Source: Thermoplasmata archaeon (GTDB taxonomy: Archaea > Thermoplasmatota > E2 > DHVEG-1). From it: a stretch of DNA of 64,000 bases. The notes beneath the pieces were generated by a model. It made no database searches and had not been told where the DNA came from. It saw only the letters and a list, made by a program, of their open reading frames with translations. The position numbers were made by a program, and so were the translations under genes. Below, one piece after another: positions 1-11,334 of this stretch. Every line of letters begins with the position of its first letter. Position 1 is the stretch's first letter. Location: NCBI GenBank assembly GCA_020054475.1, contig JAHWGJ010000004.1:5384-69383 (forward strand). The letters are read 5' to 3'.

Positions 1-936
1 GATTCTTGTGAATTCTATAATAATGCAGGGGGTATTAATTTGTTTAATACCTCAAATTCAATTTTAAATAATTGTAGAATTAAAAATCACTATAGACTGT
101 GGGGCATATCATTTCAAAGAGCAGACAACAATGTATTATCAAATTGCAATGTTTCAGATAATATTGGTTTTGGTTTAGCTATGACTCAATCTGATAATAA
201 TATAATTTTTGATAATATCTTTTTTAATAATGATAATGGTATACTAATCGCTATTACTTCAAAGGAACCTTGTAAATATAATGTATTTTATTCAAATGAT
301 TTAATAAATAACATTGTTCTTAATGCAAGAGACTATTGTGAAAATGAATCTTGGGATAACGGAATTAAAGGTAATTACTGGTCGGACTATGACGATTCAA
401 GCGAAGGTGCTTGGGATAATGATAGTGATGGAATTATTGACCGCCCTTTATACATTATTCCAACATCAGTTGGTAACAAAGATAGTTTTCCCTTAATATC
501 GCCAGCTAATATTGGTGAAGAGAAACCCATAATTAATAATCCTCCAATAATATTAAATGAGGATCCAAACCATAATTTAATTTCATTATCAATTTCTTAT
601 TCTTCTTTAAGTATCTATATTAATGATTTAGAATTGGATACTTTTAATTGGACAATTGAAACTTCCCCTTATATAGGAGAAAATAGCGGGTTTAATGAAT
701 ATAATGGTATTAAAACTTGTAATATTACTGATTTAGCTTTCAATACTACTTATACTTGGTTTATTAATGTAACTGATTCACGGGTTAGTGGTGTTTATAC
801 TAGAGAATTTTTTATTTTTACTACTGAACTATTAGAAAATGATGGCGGCGGGGTTCCTAGTTTTCAAATTTCATATTTTTTATTATCAATATTTTTACTA
901 TATTTTATTATACGTTACAGGAAAAATAACAATTAA
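1..936 (+). CDS. Secreted parallel beta-helix repeat protein, 5' partial (frame is open to the window start). Hydrophobic, PGF-CTERM-like C-terminal tail.
   Basis: Repeated N-x-D/N-rich beta-helix turns (NNCRIKNHY, SNCNVSDNIGFG, DNNIIFDNIFFNNDNGI). GNYWSDYD motif shared with ORF 27290..28261. C-terminus PSFQISYFLLSIFLLYFIIRYRKNNN is TM helix plus basic tail. No stop upstream of 40 in frame. Confidence 0.5.
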   Translation, partial: DSCEFYNNAGGINLFNTSNSILNNCRIKNHYRLWGISFQRADNNVLSNCNVSDNIGFGLAMTQSDNNIIFDNIFFNNDNGILIAITSKEPCKYNVFYSNDLINNIVLNARDYCENESWDNGIKGNYWSDYDDSSEGAWDNDSDGIIDRPLYIIPTSVGNKDSFPLISPANIGEEKPIINNPPIILNEDPNHNLISLSISYSSLSIYINDLELDTFNWTIETSPYIGENSGFNEYNGIKTCNITDLAFNTTYTWFINVTDSRVSGVYTREFFIFTTELLENDGGGVPSFQISYFLLSIFLLYFIIRYRKNNN

Positions 937-1061
937 TAATCTATGATTTGGTTTGAAGATTTTTTAAATTGGAGATAACTATTCTTATATTAAGGAATCT
1001 TTTTTATTAAAAAGACAATAGGGTGCAAAATATTGATCCTTATATTTGTTCCAAAATTTTT

Positions 1062-2525
1062 TTAGTTGAAATTGCCCTGAATCCAACCGTTAAGTCTAGA
1101 ATTTCTTGTTTTCCATAAGCCCGTGAATTTTTCGCTATATAAGTCGATTCTAACTTTACCTATAATATTAATATATCTGTCATTAATTGGAATTTGTAAA
1201 ACAAAAAAATTATCTCTGAAAAAACCTTGAAATCTATTTTCTCTCCCCTCCTTGTTTACCATTCCATTTACAACAATGAATCTCCCTCTAATTCTTTGAG
1301 TCCCAACTAAGTTTGCTAAAGATTCTCGTTCATTATTCAAACCTATTTCTGCATGAAAATCTCCAAGATTTAAAAAGGATTGTTGTTTTAATCTAGGCAT
1401 ATTAATTTCTAAAGTTGCCCATCCGCTTTCAATATCATGTATGTCTTTTGCTTTCACACGAATATGGTAAGTTCCTGATTCTTCCCAGATATGTGAGATA
1501 TTAAGGTTTTCACCAGATTCAAAAGGACCTAACCACTGCATTTCTGAATCATCACCCCAGTCAACACAGTATGAAACCTGATCTGATTCGGGATCAGTTG
1601 TAAAAAACTTGTAAGTATATTCAGTACCTTTATTACCGGAGGTGGGGCCATTAATAGTAGGAGTTCGAGGTGTATTATCAATAAATTCATATCTATATAA
1701 GCCAAAATTTTCGGTTAGAGGATATCCTTCTAACTTTACAGAAAAACTATCATTGCTTGTAGATAAAATTTTGTAGATATGTTCATTAACATTAGGAGCA
1801 GGGCCACCGCATTCAATTGTTCGAATCAATGTCTTTTCTTCATCAACAAATTCTTTGAATAAGATTACATGGTAATAGGGGATATTCAAAATATCGCCAC
1901 TTTGTAACTCATAATATCTAATAGGAGTAACAACATCAGAAAACGTATATGTTGCATGTTTATATGGTAGATTCCAACAACGAGAAACAAAACCTGAGCA
2001 GTCCAATCCACAGGCTTGTGAGGTATAATCCTCAAAATTAATATCGCCAGCGAAATGAATTCTACCCTCAAAAAATCCTGTTCCGGTATACTGTTCATCA
2101 AAATCCTTTGGGGCACTAAGATTATAACCCGTTATACTGCTAAAACCACCCCATTGATAGGGGATACCTTGAGCAGGTTGATTTGCTTTCCAACCATGGT
2201 GATCTGGCCAATCATTGTAAGTATCTCTATCAGGTGTATCAACTTCACGGCCAATATATGTCCCATGAAAAATATTATCCTCTGTTGGATACCATTCATG
2301 ATTCAGAAAACCCTCTGCAATTTCTATTATTCTATCTCTAGTAAGATAATTATAGTTAATATTGATTTGATTATAAGGTTTAAAATTGAATAATTCTTCA
2401 CCCAAAATCATATCTTCTAAAATATCCGATTCTAACTGTTTTGATTCTTTACTATTCACTGTTGGTATAAGGATTATTCCAAAAAACAAAATACATGATA
2501 GGATACTTAATATTTTTTTATTCAT
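1062..2525 (-). CDS. Secreted NlpC/P60-like cysteine peptidase domain plus PKD domain protein
   Basis: N-terminal signal peptide (MNKKILSILSCILFFGIILIPTVNS). CGLDCSGFVSRCW matches the NlpC/P60 catalytic Cys motif, with a downstream YYHVILF His. VDWGDDSE...GTYHIRVKAKD is PKD-like (WxxGDG-type). Confidence 0.5.
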   Translation of the reverse strand: MNKKILSILSCILFFGIILIPTVNSKESKQLESDILEDMILGEELFNFKPYNQININYNYLTRDRIIEIAEGFLNHEWYPTEDNIFHGTYIGREVDTPDRDTYNDWPDHHGWKANQPAQGIPYQWGGFSSITGYNLSAPKDFDEQYTGTGFFEGRIHFAGDINFEDYTSQACGLDCSGFVSRCWNLPYKHATYTFSDVVTPIRYYELQSGDILNIPYYHVILFKEFVDEEKTLIRTIECGGPAPNVNEHIYKILSTSNDSFSVKLEGYPLTENFGLYRYEFIDNTPRTPTINGPTSGNKGTEYTYKFFTTDPESDQVSYCVDWGDDSEMQWLGPFESGENLNISHIWEESGTYHIRVKAKDIHDIESGWATLEINMPRLKQQSFLNLGDFHAEIGLNNERESLANLVGTQRIRGRFIVVNGMVNKEGRENRFQGFFRDNFFVLQIPINDRYINIIGKVRIDLYSEKFTGLWKTRNSRLNGWIQGNFN

Positions 2526-2936
2526 ATAATCCCTCCATATGAGTAATATAATGTATTTTGCATTTAAAAGAGTATCTTAACATTAATTACTTGCGGATTA
2601 TAATGTTGATAAAAAATTATAATTTAAATGATTCTTAGAGACAAAATATTGTTATGAATAAAGGTGAAAATTGAGAATTGATTACAATTGAAAAAAGAGA
2701 TTATTCAATAAAAAAAATTTTAAGTATATATATTTTCAATAAATATTTAATTTTTGTTCAGATATTTATTTTTTGTTTCTCTATCCTCAATATTCTAAAT
2801 ATAAATGGTTATATTTATATTATACATTAAAATTATTTTACAATAATTCTAATCTATTTGAAAAATAAAAGTTTTATTATATAATTTAATAAAAATATAA
2901 AAAGAAAAAAGAGGGGGGGAAGTGGAAAAAGATTGT

Positions 2937-4054
2937 TTATGGTGCAATAGTATCCATGGTGTATTCAATTCGACAGCCGTAGAAACTTAAGTAATATCCA
3001 GCTGAAGTTACTTCCCAAACAATATTAATATAATAATGACTGTGTTCATTGTCTATTGTTGCATTATCAATATCAATTATGTTATCATAGAGACTTTTAA
3101 CAGTATATGAATCTCCGCTACTTGTAAAGGAACCAATTTTTGCAATTCCATCAGTCCCAGCATGCCAATTGGGATTAGTACGGTTAAAAAGCCATGCAGT
3201 TACGGTCAGGTCATATGAAGCCTCTGCATCCATATAATCAAGTGAAAAGTTTGTAATAGTTGCACCTTGAGGAAGATGCACCGATCCTATAAGTTGAATT
3301 TCTTTATCTTCGATATCCATTGGATCAATAAGACCACTACCCGTTGAACTATACACCCAACTATCAGATTCGTAATCAGCAAAAGACTTTGGAATGAAGT
3401 CACTGGCAGGCATAGAATAGTAATACGTTTTTGGGGTTGCATACTTATAGTCGCCGCTCACCTGCACATCTCCTGCAACATCAAGTTTCTCAGAAGGACT
3501 AGATGTACCAATACCAACATTACCATCGTTATAATAAGTATCAAGACTATTTAAACTCCAATGTGAATCGCCAGGTAGACCCTGAGGACCTTGAGGTCCT
3601 GTATCGCCGAAGGGGCCCTGCGGTCCAGTTGGCCCTTGAAGACCAGATTCACCCTGAGGCCCTGTGGACCCTCTGGCCCTGGAGGACCCTGAGGTCCAAC
3701 AGCACTTATCTCCCATGTACCAACACCATTTTCATCACATGTAAGCACATATCCATTATTAGCACCAAATGGCATCTTAAAACCAGTCATCTGCACTGTA
3801 CCAACAACATCTAATTTCTCACCGGGATGATCTGTTCCGATACCAACATTACCGTCAGGTATTGTAAACAGATTTGGTGGCCCTGTCCAGTAATCCCAAT
3901 CACCGTTAAAAAGAGATTTAAAAAACGGTAAAATCATAGGTTTATTTGTTTTTGATGGTTCATTGCTTTCATTATCTATAGAGCTAACTGCTGGTAGAAC
4001 AGCTGCTGAAATTAATAGCGTTAAAACTAAAAATCCGATTAATTTATTTTTCAT
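2937..4054 (-). pseudogene. Collagen-like (Gly-X-Y) repeat secreted protein, disrupted by a frameshift inside the triplet-repeat block (ORFs 3551..4054 and 2937..3716 overlap)
   Basis: Upstream ORF: signal peptide, then NVGIGTDHPGEKLDVVGTVQMTG, then GPQGPPGPEGPQG. Downstream ORF in another frame: GPQGESGLQGPTGPQGPFGDTGPQGPQGLPG, then NVGIGTSSPSEKLDVAGDVQVSG. Locally GC-rich 3590-3700. Confidence 0.45.
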
Positions 4055-4178
4055 GTTTATGCTCCCCGTTTGATTATTTACAATAATTATAATAGATTCT
4101 TATAATATAAGATTTATTATATATATACAATTATCAATAAAAATATGATACAAATCAACCCTAAAAAAGTTCTTTATT

Positions 4179-5060
4179 CTAGTTATATACATTTTCAATA
4201 AATATCTTCCCATAAGGAAACTTTTTTTGATAAACCGTAATTTTATTATCATATGCTAAAAAAAGTACAGATATCAGAGTTTTTATAAATTCCTCTCGAT
4301 TTTTTGAATCGCAAAGATCAATTAATGATATAGTTTTATTATTAAATGTATTTATTTTTTTCCAAATTGCTTCTACGTCTTCTTCTAGATTATCTTCATG
4401 AGCTGATCCGATCATTCTTTTTCTTGATTTAATTTTAAGTCTTTCTCTTTCTTCTTGTCTTTGTTGTTCAATAAGTTGATATTCTTCAGATTCTTTTCTT
4501 GCTTGATTAAATGCACCTAATAATTCAATTAATGTTACCTTCCTTTTAGAATCTCTTCTAACAGGTTTGTATAATGGGGATTCAGGCATTTTCATAATTA
4601 GGTTAGTATATGAGTAATCTTGATCATTTTCAAGCCACATTTCAGATGGCAAATCATTCCAATCGAAAATTTCTTCACTTTCTTGGTTTTCTTCAACACT
4701 AACTACTAGATTATCACTTTGTAATTTCAATATTTTCCATGCCATTAGTATTATTCGACCGGCTGTTATTAAATCAATTTTTTCCTCCTTCGCTCTTGCA
4801 ATATACATCGTAGAGAAATTTACTAAATCAATATCCCATGGATCTAAATGTTGCCTCATAACAAGCTCAAAGGCTATAGCTATAGACCTCTCAAATGGAT
4901 TTTCAATTGAGATATGTTCTCCTTCATTTGTTTTTTGTAACATTTCAACATAATAATTAATCATTGCAGCATCATCATTTTCATCAATAAGCGATTTATG
5001 AAATAATAAATGATTAATTACATCATTATCTATTTTTAGCTGTTCCATTCTTCTAAACAC
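4179..5060 (-). CDS. scpA: Segregation and condensation protein A (kleisin) ScpA
   Basis: Immediately downstream of and overlapping smc on the same strand. Size and the LDPWDIDLV...LITAGRIILMAWKILKL pattern are typical of ScpA. Confidence 0.65.
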   Translation of the reverse strand: MFRRMEQLKIDNDVINHLLFHKSLIDENDDAAMINYYVEMLQKTNEGEHISIENPFERSIAIAFELVMRQHLDPWDIDLVNFSTMYIARAKEEKIDLITAGRIILMAWKILKLQSDNLVVSVEENQESEEIFDWNDLPSEMWLENDQDYSYTNLIMKMPESPLYKPVRRDSKRKVTLIELLGAFNQARKESEEYQLIEQQRQEERERLKIKSRKRMIGSAHEDNLEEDVEAIWKKINTFNNKTISLIDLCDSKNREEFIKTLISVLFLAYDNKITVYQKKFPYGKIFIENVYN

Positions 5061-8000
5061 CTGAATTTAATTCACCTTTTGGACCTACAGAGGAGGGGTC
5101 GATATTTCCAATCATATCAGAAATACCTGTATCTCTCATTGTAACACCATATACATGGTTTGCTTCTTTTAATGCAATTTTACGCAATGAAACCATAATA
5201 AATTGGGAATCTTGTGAATTTATTTTGATTGTTTTTGATACTGTTTCTGCGTTTACTCCATCAAGAAACATATCTACTTCATCAAGAACATAAAATGGGC
5301 TTGGGTCATAATTTTGAATTGCAAAAATAAAAGCTAAAGAGGCTATACTTTTTTCACCACCAGAAAGAGCTGATAATAATAAAACTTTTTTTCCTCTTGG
5401 TTTTGCTTTTATTGTGAGACCATTTTCAAATATTTTTTCCTGATCCTCAAGTTGTAATTCTCCTTCTCCACCTTCAGAAAGTTGTGAATAAATTTTTTTA
5501 AAGTTATTATTGATCTCAATAAACACTTCAAAAAATCTATCTGTTTTTTTATTTGTAATTTCTTTACAGAGTTTCACAAGGTTTTTCTTCTGATCTTTTA
5601 AATGTTTTACATCTTCATCTAACTTATTTTTCCTATCCGTTTGATGTTCATATTCTTCAAGAGCACGCATATTTACTGGTTCCAATTCTCTCATTGTTTC
5701 TTCGATTATTTTTATTGAATCTTTTAATGATTCAACATTTGGAAGGTTTTTGTCTTTAATTTCAATATTATAAAGTTTCATTTCCTCTTCAATTTCGTTA
5801 ATTGCGATTTCCAATGTTGGTAATCGATATTTCGCTCTTGAAATTAGATCATAATATGATTCGACACGCGTATTTGCTTTATCAAGTTCATTTTCAATTG
5901 AGATTGTCTCCTTATAAAACTCATCTCTTTTTGAAGTATATTTTTTAATTTTATCTGTTATTTGATTTTCAACATTCATTAGAGCTTTTATTTCATCTCT
6001 ATATTTTGCTCTTGATTGTTTATATTCTTCAATTGATTTGTTATGTTCCCCCATCTGTTTTTCTTTTAATTTTATATTTGAATTAATCTCATTTTTTCTA
6101 TCATTTAAAATTTCAATTTTCTTTGAAATAGTGTCTAAATTTGAGGAGATATTTAGTATTAATTCATTTAATTGAGATACGTCTTTCTCTAGATTTCTAG
6201 CCTTTACAGCTTGTTCTTTTTTTGTACCAGTTAGTAATATCTTACCTTTTTCTTCTTTTAATGAATCAATTTCCTCTAATTTTTTATTGATTTCCCGTAT
6301 CTTGTTAATTAACTCTTGTCTTCTTGATTCATTTTTTTCTTTTTCAATATTTTTTAATTCTAATTCCTTTTTTATTAAATCTAATTTATTTTGAAAATCT
6401 TTTCTACGAATATCAATATCTTTTATTTGTATTTCTTTATCAGCGGTTGTTCTAATTTCTCCTAATTGATTTTCAAGATCGATAATTTCTTTTTTAATGA
6501 TAATAATTTTATCAGATAATACTTCATGATTTGTTAGGGATTTTTGAAGTTCGTTAGTTATTTTTTCCAACTTAGTGCGATCTAAATCTGTAAAACTTAG
6601 TGAACTTTTTTGTATACTTCCACCAATCATTGCTCCACTGGATTCAATTAAAGATCCTTTCAAATCAACTAATCTAACTCCACCCATTAGACGTCTAGCA
6701 TCATCCAACGAATTTATAACAACTGTATCACCAAAAACAAACCAAAATGCGTCATAATATTTTTTGTCAAATTTTATTAGATCAAGTGCAAAACCATGTG
6801 AGCTTTTATCCTTTATGGTCATCAGAGCTTTTCCCCGTGGTTTACTTGTTATCATTTTATTTAATGGAATAAAAGTTGCTCTTCCTAATTTTTCTTTTTG
6901 CAAATATTTTATTGCTTTAGCAGCTTTTTCGTCTGTATCAACAACAATTGATTGCATTCTTGCACCTGCTGCAGTTGCAACAGCAATTCTATATTTATCA
7001 TCGACATTTGCAAGTTCAGCTATGGTTCCATGAATTCCTTCTAAAGTACCTTGATTACGTGCCTTTAATATTTCACTTACGGCTCTATTGTATTTATTCT
7101 GAACATTTTGTAACGCATCAAATTCTGCTTGTAATTTAGATTGTTCTCTCTGTAATTTTCTTATTAAATTATCAAATTCATTTAACTGTTGTGTATATTC
7201 AGATTCAGTTTTTTTCTTTTCAAAAAGTTTTTTCTCGATATCTCTTTGTTTTGAATTTTTTTTCTGATAATCATTCTTAAATTCATTAGCTTGCCAATCA
7301 ATATCTTTTAACTCAAATTCATATGTTGATTTTGTTTCCTGAATTTCAGCTATTTGTAATTCAAGAGCTTCAATTTTATCTGTTAATCTATTTCTTTTAA
7401 GTTTAATTTCATGAAGTTCACTCGTTTTTTCATTATAATCCTCCCTCATTTTAGTTAATTCATGAGATAATTCCATGGATTTGTCATCATGACTGGCTAT
7501 GGTTTCCTTTAAATCATTCAGTTCTTTTTCTTTTTTTTCTAATTCATTTTTATTTTCAATTAATTTATTGTTTAATTCCTCATTTTCAATATTATATTTA
7601 TTAATCTCATTTTGAATATCTTCTAAAATTGTTTTTTGCTCTTTTTCATTATTTTGAATATCAATAATTTCATCGCTAGAATAATTTAATCTCTCTTCAA
7701 TTTTAATTTCTTCACTTCTTAATGAATCAATTTGATCTTTTATTTCTCTTACCTCATCCCCACCTACTTCTCCGATCTTATTTTCTATCTCTGTGAGATC
7801 ATTTTGCGATTTATTATATTTAATTTTTAGATCTTTGACTTTTTTATCAAGCTCACCTTGCTCCTTTTCATATGATCCAATTTGTTTGTAAATTTCACTT
7901 ATTTGTGATTCAATTTCAATTTTTTTCTTTAATGCAATCTTTGCTTTTGTTTCGTAAAGATTATCTTTTAATTCTTTGTATCGATAGGCTTCATCTCTAT

Positions 8001-8682
8001 CATTTTTTAATTGTTTAATTTGATTGTTTATTTCCTTAAGTATTATCGAAATTCTATCTAAATTTGAATCAACATCAGTTTCTTCTCTTTCAGCTTTTTT
8101 TATATCATTATCAAAATTACTTATTCCCGCAATATCATCAATTATTCTTCTTCTATCAACTCCACCCATTTCTGTTAAATTAGTGACATCTCCCTGTTTG
8201 ACGATATTGTAACCCTCACCAGAGATTCTGGCATGTACCAACACATTTTGAAAATCAGAAAAAGAACAGGAACGACCATTAATGTAAAAATAACTGTAAT
8301 AATTTTCAGTATTATTTTTAAGAGGAGCACGCTTAATCATTCTAGTTAGAATTACCTCATTTGTGTCAACATTCATTTTTCTATTTTTATTATCAAAAAC
8401 AAGAGAAACTTTACAATATTTAGATGGATTTTTATGTTTTTTCCCACCATTAAATATAAGATCTGTTAATTTACCTGCACGCATAACTTTTGAACTTTTT
8501 GGACCTAAAACAAATAGAATTGCATCTGCAATATTACTCTTACCCGATCCATTTGGACCTGTAATTGCGGTATATCCTGGAAAAAACGGTACTGAAAGTT
8601 TTTTCCCAAAAGATTTAAAATTTTCCATTTGAACTTCTTTTAGGTACAGTTTTATCCCATCCCAAATTATTTTTTTAGGCAA
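5053..8682 (-). CDS. smc: Chromosome segregation ATPase SMC
   Basis: 1209 aa. N-terminal Walker A FTAITGPNGSGKSN. Long coiled-coil arms and hinge. C-terminal LSGGEKS signature and Walker B VLDEVD. Confidence 0.9.
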   Translation of the reverse strand: MPKKIIWDGIKLYLKEVQMENFKSFGKKLSVPFFPGYTAITGPNGSGKSNIADAILFVLGPKSSKVMRAGKLTDLIFNGGKKHKNPSKYCKVSLVFDNKNRKMNVDTNEVILTRMIKRAPLKNNTENYYSYFYINGRSCSFSDFQNVLVHARISGEGYNIVKQGDVTNLTEMGGVDRRRIIDDIAGISNFDNDIKKAEREETDVDSNLDRISIILKEINNQIKQLKNDRDEAYRYKELKDNLYETKAKIALKKKIEIESQISEIYKQIGSYEKEQGELDKKVKDLKIKYNKSQNDLTEIENKIGEVGGDEVREIKDQIDSLRSEEIKIEERLNYSSDEIIDIQNNEKEQKTILEDIQNEINKYNIENEELNNKLIENKNELEKKEKELNDLKETIASHDDKSMELSHELTKMREDYNEKTSELHEIKLKRNRLTDKIEALELQIAEIQETKSTYEFELKDIDWQANEFKNDYQKKNSKQRDIEKKLFEKKKTESEYTQQLNEFDNLIRKLQREQSKLQAEFDALQNVQNKYNRAVSEILKARNQGTLEGIHGTIAELANVDDKYRIAVATAAGARMQSIVVDTDEKAAKAIKYLQKEKLGRATFIPLNKMITSKPRGKALMTIKDKSSHGFALDLIKFDKKYYDAFWFVFGDTVVINSLDDARRLMGGVRLVDLKGSLIESSGAMIGGSIQKSSLSFTDLDRTKLEKITNELQKSLTNHEVLSDKIIIIKKEIIDLENQLGEIRTTADKEIQIKDIDIRRKDFQNKLDLIKKELELKNIEKEKNESRRQELINKIREINKKLEEIDSLKEEKGKILLTGTKKEQAVKARNLEKDVSQLNELILNISSNLDTISKKIEILNDRKNEINSNIKLKEKQMGEHNKSIEEYKQSRAKYRDEIKALMNVENQITDKIKKYTSKRDEFYKETISIENELDKANTRVESYYDLISRAKYRLPTLEIAINEIEEEMKLYNIEIKDKNLPNVESLKDSIKIIEETMRELEPVNMRALEEYEHQTDRKNKLDEDVKHLKDQKKNLVKLCKEITNKKTDRFFEVFIEINNNFKKIYSQLSEGGEGELQLEDQEKIFENGLTIKAKPRGKKVLLLSALSGGEKSIASLAFIFAIQNYDPSPFYVLDEVDMFLDGVNAETVSKTIKINSQDSQFIMVSLRKIALKEANHVYGVTMRDTGISDMIGNIDPSSVGPKGELNSGV

Positions 8683-8960
8683 TAGAACTATCTAATATTA
8701 CTATTGTTGCATCCCTATTTTCCTAAAACAAAACGGAGTATATAAATTTTTTAGTTTTTTTTAATAAATATTTATTAAATATAATATTTTCAATATTAAA
8801 TACTTTGATCCTTAAAGATCTTAAAATTAAAATAAATATTATATTTAAAATTATTATAATAATTATTTTAAAAATTTTGTTAAAATTATATAAAAAATAA
8901 TAAAAAATTTTATTTATAACTTAATCAATTATAAATAAAAGATAAAAATGGAGGTATTAA

Positions 8961-11303
8961 ATGAAAAAAATTTTAATTTTAGTAATAGTAGGAATACTAT
9001 TTATAAGTGGATTTGGAACAGCTAGTTTACAAAATAAAGTTCAATTTACAGATAAGATCATTAATAATTATCAATTTTCTTATGAACCAATTATATCAAA
9101 TTTTGAAGAGTATATAAGCATAGAATTTGAAGGTTCAAATTCTTATATAAATGATCCAGGAAACCCTGTATTACCTAAATATAGACAAATTTATGAATTT
9201 TCAAAAGAAGTAAAAATAAATGGTTTAGATTTTGAATATAATGATATCTATGAAAAGAGTATTAAAGGTAAAATTATTCCCGCAGCTCAATCCTTTCCAT
9301 TAGATGAACACTATAATAATGATCAAGATTTTGTAGAAAACGAGATAGTTTACAAAAGTGATTCATTTTATCCTACTAATTGGTATGATTATAAAATTAA
9401 ATGTGGTTTAAATGATAATAAAGTAAAAACAACTTTTTTAATTTTAGATATTTACCCTATTAGATATAATCCAATTAATGAAAAATTATTATTTATAACG
9501 GATTCTAAGATAATTATTGATTATGTAGATCCAGGATATAATAGCTTCAAGACAACATATGATTCATACGATATGGTTATAATTACTCCGGAAAAATTTA
9601 AACAAGGTTTAGAACAACTTGTGGATCATAAAAATAATCATGGTGTAAGAACTAGAATCAAAACTGTAGAGGAGATATTTAGTGAATATAGTGGTAGAGA
9701 TGAACCTGAACAGATAAAACTTTTTTTAAAGGATGAAAGTGAAATTGAGAATATAAAATATGTTTTATTAATTGGTGGTTTAAAATCATATTTATTTGCA
9801 AATGATAAAGAAGATTCAAATCATGGTAGTTCAGATGGTTGGTATGTGCCCGTGAGATATACTAATATTAAGCATAGTGAAGAAGTTGGTGTTATTTCAG
9901 ATTTATATTTTTCTGATCTTTTTAAATATAATGAATCTTCAATGGATTGGGAATTTGAAGATTGGGATTCCAGTGGAGATGATATTTTTGCTAATGGGGG
10001 GCCATTTGGTAAGGATGATCTAGATCTTATCCCCGATATTTATGTAGGCCGGTTAGCATGTAGAAATACTTTTGATCTTAAAACAATTGTAAATAAAATT
10101 ATTACTTACGAATCAACATCAGCGGATAGTAAACCATGGCTAAATAAGATGATTGGAGTTGGTGGAAGAACTTTTGATTTATATAGCGGTGAAGATCAAA
10201 GACAAAATTATGCTGAGTATTCTATAAATATATCAAATTATGAATGGCAGGAATTTGTTACTAGAAATATGAAAATAGTTAGAGTTGAAGTAAAAATCAA
10301 GAAATGGTCTGAAGATCCATCATCTTTGAAACTCTCAATTGAGAAACCTTTAGGTACTGAATTAGCAAGCTATGAGGTATCGTCCAACTCAATCTCATCG
10401 GAATCTTTAGATTGGATTTCCTTTGATATACCTGATATTGATCTTGAAATTGGCGAAAATTATTTCATCAATATGTCGTATGGTTTAGAAAATACCTTAA
10501 GCTGGGGCTATGGAGAAATAAATCCTATTGGAATTGAGCGTTATCCATTAGGTGATTCTAGTTTAGGTGAAGGCTTTGACTGGTGTTTTAAAACATTTGA
10601 TTTAAATGAAGATGAAGAACAAGCAGATGGAGAATATTCTGTTGATGCTGCGTTTGATTATATGAGCAATATAGTTGATGAAGAAGTTAGAATTTACTGG
10701 TCAAATGAAGGATCTAATGATCCTATACCTGAAACAGAAGACATTCTTGTTGAATTAAATGAAGGTGCAGGATATGTGATAATGGAAGGTCATGGGAATC
10801 CTTTATCATGGGCAACACACCCAATTCCACCAGGTTCACCTTTCAGAGGAGGTCTTTCTATAACTGATTTTCCTGATATTAAAAATGGTGAAAAATTACC
10901 TATTGTTGTAATAGGTGGTTGTCATAATGCATTATTTAATGTATCCCTTATAAAAACAATTATTGGTAGACCTTATTCAAATTGGTATTGGACAAGTGGT
11001 TTAATTACACCTATCTGTTTTTCTTGGGCGTTATGTGTATCTCCATTAGGTGGAGCTATTGCCAGTACTGGATGTACAGGCTTAGGATTAGGCGGTAATC
11101 CACCTCATCTTATCAATAGTGGAGGTCTTGACTGTAATTTATTTTATCAAATAGGGGCAGGGTCAGAAAATTTAGGAGATGCTCATAGTGGAGCTATAAG
11201 AAAATATGTTCTTGAAAATACTCTTAATACCGATGAAGAATTTTGTATAGTTGAATTTCATTTATTTGGAGACCCAAGTCTAAAAATTGGAGGATATGAT
11301 TAA
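8961..11303 (+). CDS. Secreted clan CD (gingipain/C25-like) cysteine peptidase
   Basis: Signal peptide. His-Gly ... Cys dyad context: MEGHGNPLSW followed by the hydrophobic stretch PIVVIGGCHNA. Size and layout fit C25. Confidence 0.45.
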   Translation: MKKILILVIVGILFISGFGTASLQNKVQFTDKIINNYQFSYEPIISNFEEYISIEFEGSNSYINDPGNPVLPKYRQIYEFSKEVKINGLDFEYNDIYEKSIKGKIIPAAQSFPLDEHYNNDQDFVENEIVYKSDSFYPTNWYDYKIKCGLNDNKVKTTFLILDIYPIRYNPINEKLLFITDSKIIIDYVDPGYNSFKTTYDSYDMVIITPEKFKQGLEQLVDHKNNHGVRTRIKTVEEIFSEYSGRDEPEQIKLFLKDESEIENIKYVLLIGGLKSYLFANDKEDSNHGSSDGWYVPVRYTNIKHSEEVGVISDLYFSDLFKYNESSMDWEFEDWDSSGDDIFANGGPFGKDDLDLIPDIYVGRLACRNTFDLKTIVNKIITYESTSADSKPWLNKMIGVGGRTFDLYSGEDQRQNYAEYSINISNYEWQEFVTRNMKIVRVEVKIKKWSEDPSSLKLSIEKPLGTELASYEVSSNSISSESLDWISFDIPDIDLEIGENYFINMSYGLENTLSWGYGEINPIGIERYPLGDSSLGEGFDWCFKTFDLNEDEEQADGEYSVDAAFDYMSNIVDEEVRIYWSNEGSNDPIPETEDILVELNEGAGYVIMEGHGNPLSWATHPIPPGSPFRGGLSITDFPDIKNGEKLPIVVIGGCHNALFNVSLIKTIIGRPYSNWYWTSGLITPICFSWALCVSPLGGAIASTGCTGLGLGGNPPHLINSGGLDCNLFYQIGAGSENLGDAHSGAIRKYVLENTLNTDEEFCIVEFHLFGDPSLKIGGYD

Positions 11304-11334
11304 TACCTTTATCGAATTATTAAAATAAAAAGGA

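Noticed and set aside
6575-8632. Several 60-90-aa + strand ORFs inside smc (6575, 6764, 6948, 8024, 8363)
   Set aside because: They are antisense to a well-supported 1209-aa SMC gene, and the translations are low-complexity.
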